From an uncultured delta proteobacterium (GTDB lineage: Bacteria; Desulfobacterota; Desulfobacteria; Desulfobacterales; JAFDCJ01): a stretch of 64,000 nt of DNA. A program made the position numbers and the translations under genes. This document shows, one piece after another, positions 61,958 to 64,000 of the stretch. Every line of letters starts with the position of its first letter. Position 1 is the stretch's first letter. The stretch lies in assembly GCA_963769935.1 (NCBI GenBank), contig CAVYNY010000022.1, positions 192,001 to 256,000 of the forward strand. The letters are read 5' to 3'. Under the pieces are notes generated by a model that was not told the DNA's origin, did not search any database, and saw nothing but the letters and a program-made list of their open reading frames with translations.

Positions 61958-62905
61958 ATGTATAACGCACGCAGGATTATTATATTATTACTAATTTTTA
62001 CCGTGTTCTGGGTTCCGTCTGTTGATGCCGCCCGGAAATTTACGCTGATCCTGGACTGGTTTCCCAATGTCGATCATCTACCCATTTATGTGGCCTGCCA
62101 GCAGGGATTTTTTGCTGAAGAAGGGCTTGAAATCAAGGTTATCAGTCCTTCCGAGACATCCGACGGGCTCAAAATGGCCGCTGCGGGCAAAGTGGACATG
62201 GCGGTATCCTATGAACCCCAGACGATTATAGCGGCCGCCCGCGGATTAGACGTGGTGGTGGTTGCACGCCTCATCGAGCATCCCCTGACAACGCTGCTTT
62301 TTCTCAAAAACAAGGGCATTGCCTCACCCAAGGATTTGGCAGGTAAAAAAATCGGTTACACGGTACCCGGACTGATGGATGTGCTTTTGGAAGCTTTTGC
62401 CCGCATCAACGATATCGGAGATTATACGGCGATCAATGTCGGCTTCGCTATTGTGCAGTCGCTGACGTCGGGCCAGGTGGATGCCGTCATGGGGCCGTTT
62501 AAAACCTATGAAACCGTTACCATGGCCCATAAAGGATATGAGGTCGGGTATTTCGAGCTGGAGAAGTGGGGCATTCCGGACTATGACGAATTGATTTTTA
62601 TCACCAGCAAAAGGACCCTGGATCAAAATCGAGCAGCCATGGCAGCCTTTCGCCGGGTCATCGATCGCGCCATCCGGCAGGTGCGGCAAAATCCCCAACA
62701 GGCGCTCACGGACTATTTCAGGCAGGTACCACAGTCTGATCGCAAAACCGAAACCGATGCATTTAAGCTGACGCTGCCCTATTATGCCGCCACTCAGAGA
62801 ATGGATGGGGACCGTTGGCAGACATTTGCCGACTTTGCTTTACGGTACGGCCTGATCGACAAGAAGGTGGATGTGAAGTCGGTCCTTTGGATGGAAGATG
62901 AGTAA
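61958..62905 (+). CDS. thiY: NMT1/THI5-like substrate-binding protein
   Basis: LDWFPNVDH, GFFAEEGL, SYEPQ, PDYDEL. Confidence 0.88.
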   Translation: MYNARRIIILLLIFTVFWVPSVDAARKFTLILDWFPNVDHLPIYVACQQGFFAEEGLEIKVISPSETSDGLKMAAAGKVDMAVSYEPQTIIAAARGLDVVVVARLIEHPLTTLLFLKNKGIASPKDLAGKKIGYTVPGLMDVLLEAFARINDIGDYTAINVGFAIVQSLTSGQVDAVMGPFKTYETVTMAHKGYEVGYFELEKWGIPDYDELIFITSKRTLDQNRAAMAAFRRVIDRAIRQVRQNPQQALTDYFRQVPQSDRKTETDAFKLTLPYYAATQRMDGDRWQTFADFALRYGLIDKKVDVKSVLWMEDE

Positions 62906-63074
62906 TTTAAATATTGACTTTTAAAAAAAATCCAAATAATTTCAATACTTCGGATTCATCTTAATTAATCCGCCGGACCTCGGGTCAACCAACTTTTTTC
63001 AGTTGTCAAAAAATAAATTACAACCCTGAGTAGGCTAATTTCCAGGGCGGATTAATTACTCGAGGTGGAATTTT

Positions 63075-64000
63075 ATGAATGTCCCGTTTGTAGATTTGAG
63101 CCGCCAGTTCAACCCCTTGATGGCGCAATTTCAGACAGCATTCCAAAGTGTTATCGAGCGCTGTGCTTTTATTAACGGTCCGGAAGTCAAGGAATTCGAA
63201 AGGCGCATGGCCCGGCATTTGGAACTGCCGGAAGTTTGCGCTGTTTCCAATTGTACCCATGCCATCTATCTTACCCTCAAGGCCCTGGGAGTTGGAGAAG
63301 GGGACGAAGTTATCACGGTGCCCACCACCGCTTTTCCGACCAGCGAGGCCATTAACCTGGCTGGTGCGGAGGTGGTTTTTGCCGATATTGCCGCCGGATC
63401 TTATGCGCTTGATCCGAAAGCCGCCGAACAGGCCGTTACGGAAAGAACGAAGGCTATCATTCCGGTTCACCTCTACGGAATCCCGGCGGATATGGATGCA
63501 TTTATGGTGTTGGGCGATAAATACAATCTTGCTATAATCGAAGACGCTGCTCAGGCCCAGGGGGCCAGATATAAGGGCCGGCGGGTAGGCGCCATCGGCC
63601 GGGCCGGTTGTTTCAGCTTTTTTCCCTCCAAAAATTTGGGTGCCTTCGGCGACGGGGGTGCGGTGGCATCAGCGGATGCGGAGTTAATCAAAAAGGTGCG
63701 TATGATGGCCAATCATGGCCGCGAGGATAAATACAGCCACCAGCTGATCGGTACCAACAGCCGATTGGACACCCTTAAAGCCGCACAACTCATGATTTGT
63801 CTCGAATATCTGGATAAATGGAACCAGGAGAGACGCAATGCTGCTGAAATGTACGACGAACTGCTCAAGTCTTATGAAGAAATCATTCGACCCCGGGTCC
63901 CGGCGGAATGTGAAGCCGTCTGGCATGTCTATGTCATCAGATATAAAAACCGCGATAGACTGGCAGCTTTTCTGAAGGAGCAAGGAATTAACACCGGTCT
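63075..64000 (+). CDS. DegT/DnrJ/EryC1/StrS family aminotransferase (runs off the window)
   Basis: MNVPFVDL, PVHLYG, IEDAAQAQG, FSFFPSKNLGAFGDGG, GTNSRLD; missing from the ORF track because there is no stop in the window. Confidence 0.93.
   Translation, partial: MNVPFVDLSRQFNPLMAQFQTAFQSVIERCAFINGPEVKEFERRMARHLELPEVCAVSNCTHAIYLTLKALGVGEGDEVITVPTTAFPTSEAINLAGAEVVFADIAAGSYALDPKAAEQAVTERTKAIIPVHLYGIPADMDAFMVLGDKYNLAIIEDAAQAQGARYKGRRVGAIGRAGCFSFFPSKNLGAFGDGGAVASADAELIKKVRMMANHGREDKYSHQLIGTNSRLDTLKAAQLMICLEYLDKWNQERRNAAEMYDELLKSYEEIIRPRVPAECEAVWHVYVIRYKNRDRLAAFLKEQGINTG

Overview
This 64 kb bacterial chromosomal window has gene content and style suggesting an anaerobic deltaproteobacterium, probably Desulfobacterales-like (inference). 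It is dominated by uptake and breakdown of nitrogenous compounds. Transporters: three PotABCD-type ABC systems, one NitT/TauT ABC system, one TRAP system and a TPP-riboswitch-controlled ThiXYZ-like system. Enzymes: an amidinotransferase, soxBDAG sarcosine-oxidase-like genes near etfBA, a class III aminotransferase, a C-N hydrolase, a cyclase-family protein and an agmatinase. Features not resolved by the ORF track: (i) a UGA-recoded UxxC peroxiredoxin-like selenoprotein with a SECIS-like hairpin; (ii) kdpF plus a second small membrane peptide, in a kdp operon with a kinase-less KdpD, a separate kinase, a sigma54 activator, a -24/-12 promoter and two candidate enhancer palindromes; (iii) about 16 intergenic 7-9-mer tandem-repeat or hairpin inserts that split operons; (iv) a 30.4-33.7 kb mosaic of truncated genes whose breakpoints abut a recurring CCYGWCCC-type end motif. 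No rRNA, tRNA, CRISPR array or intact transposase was seen.
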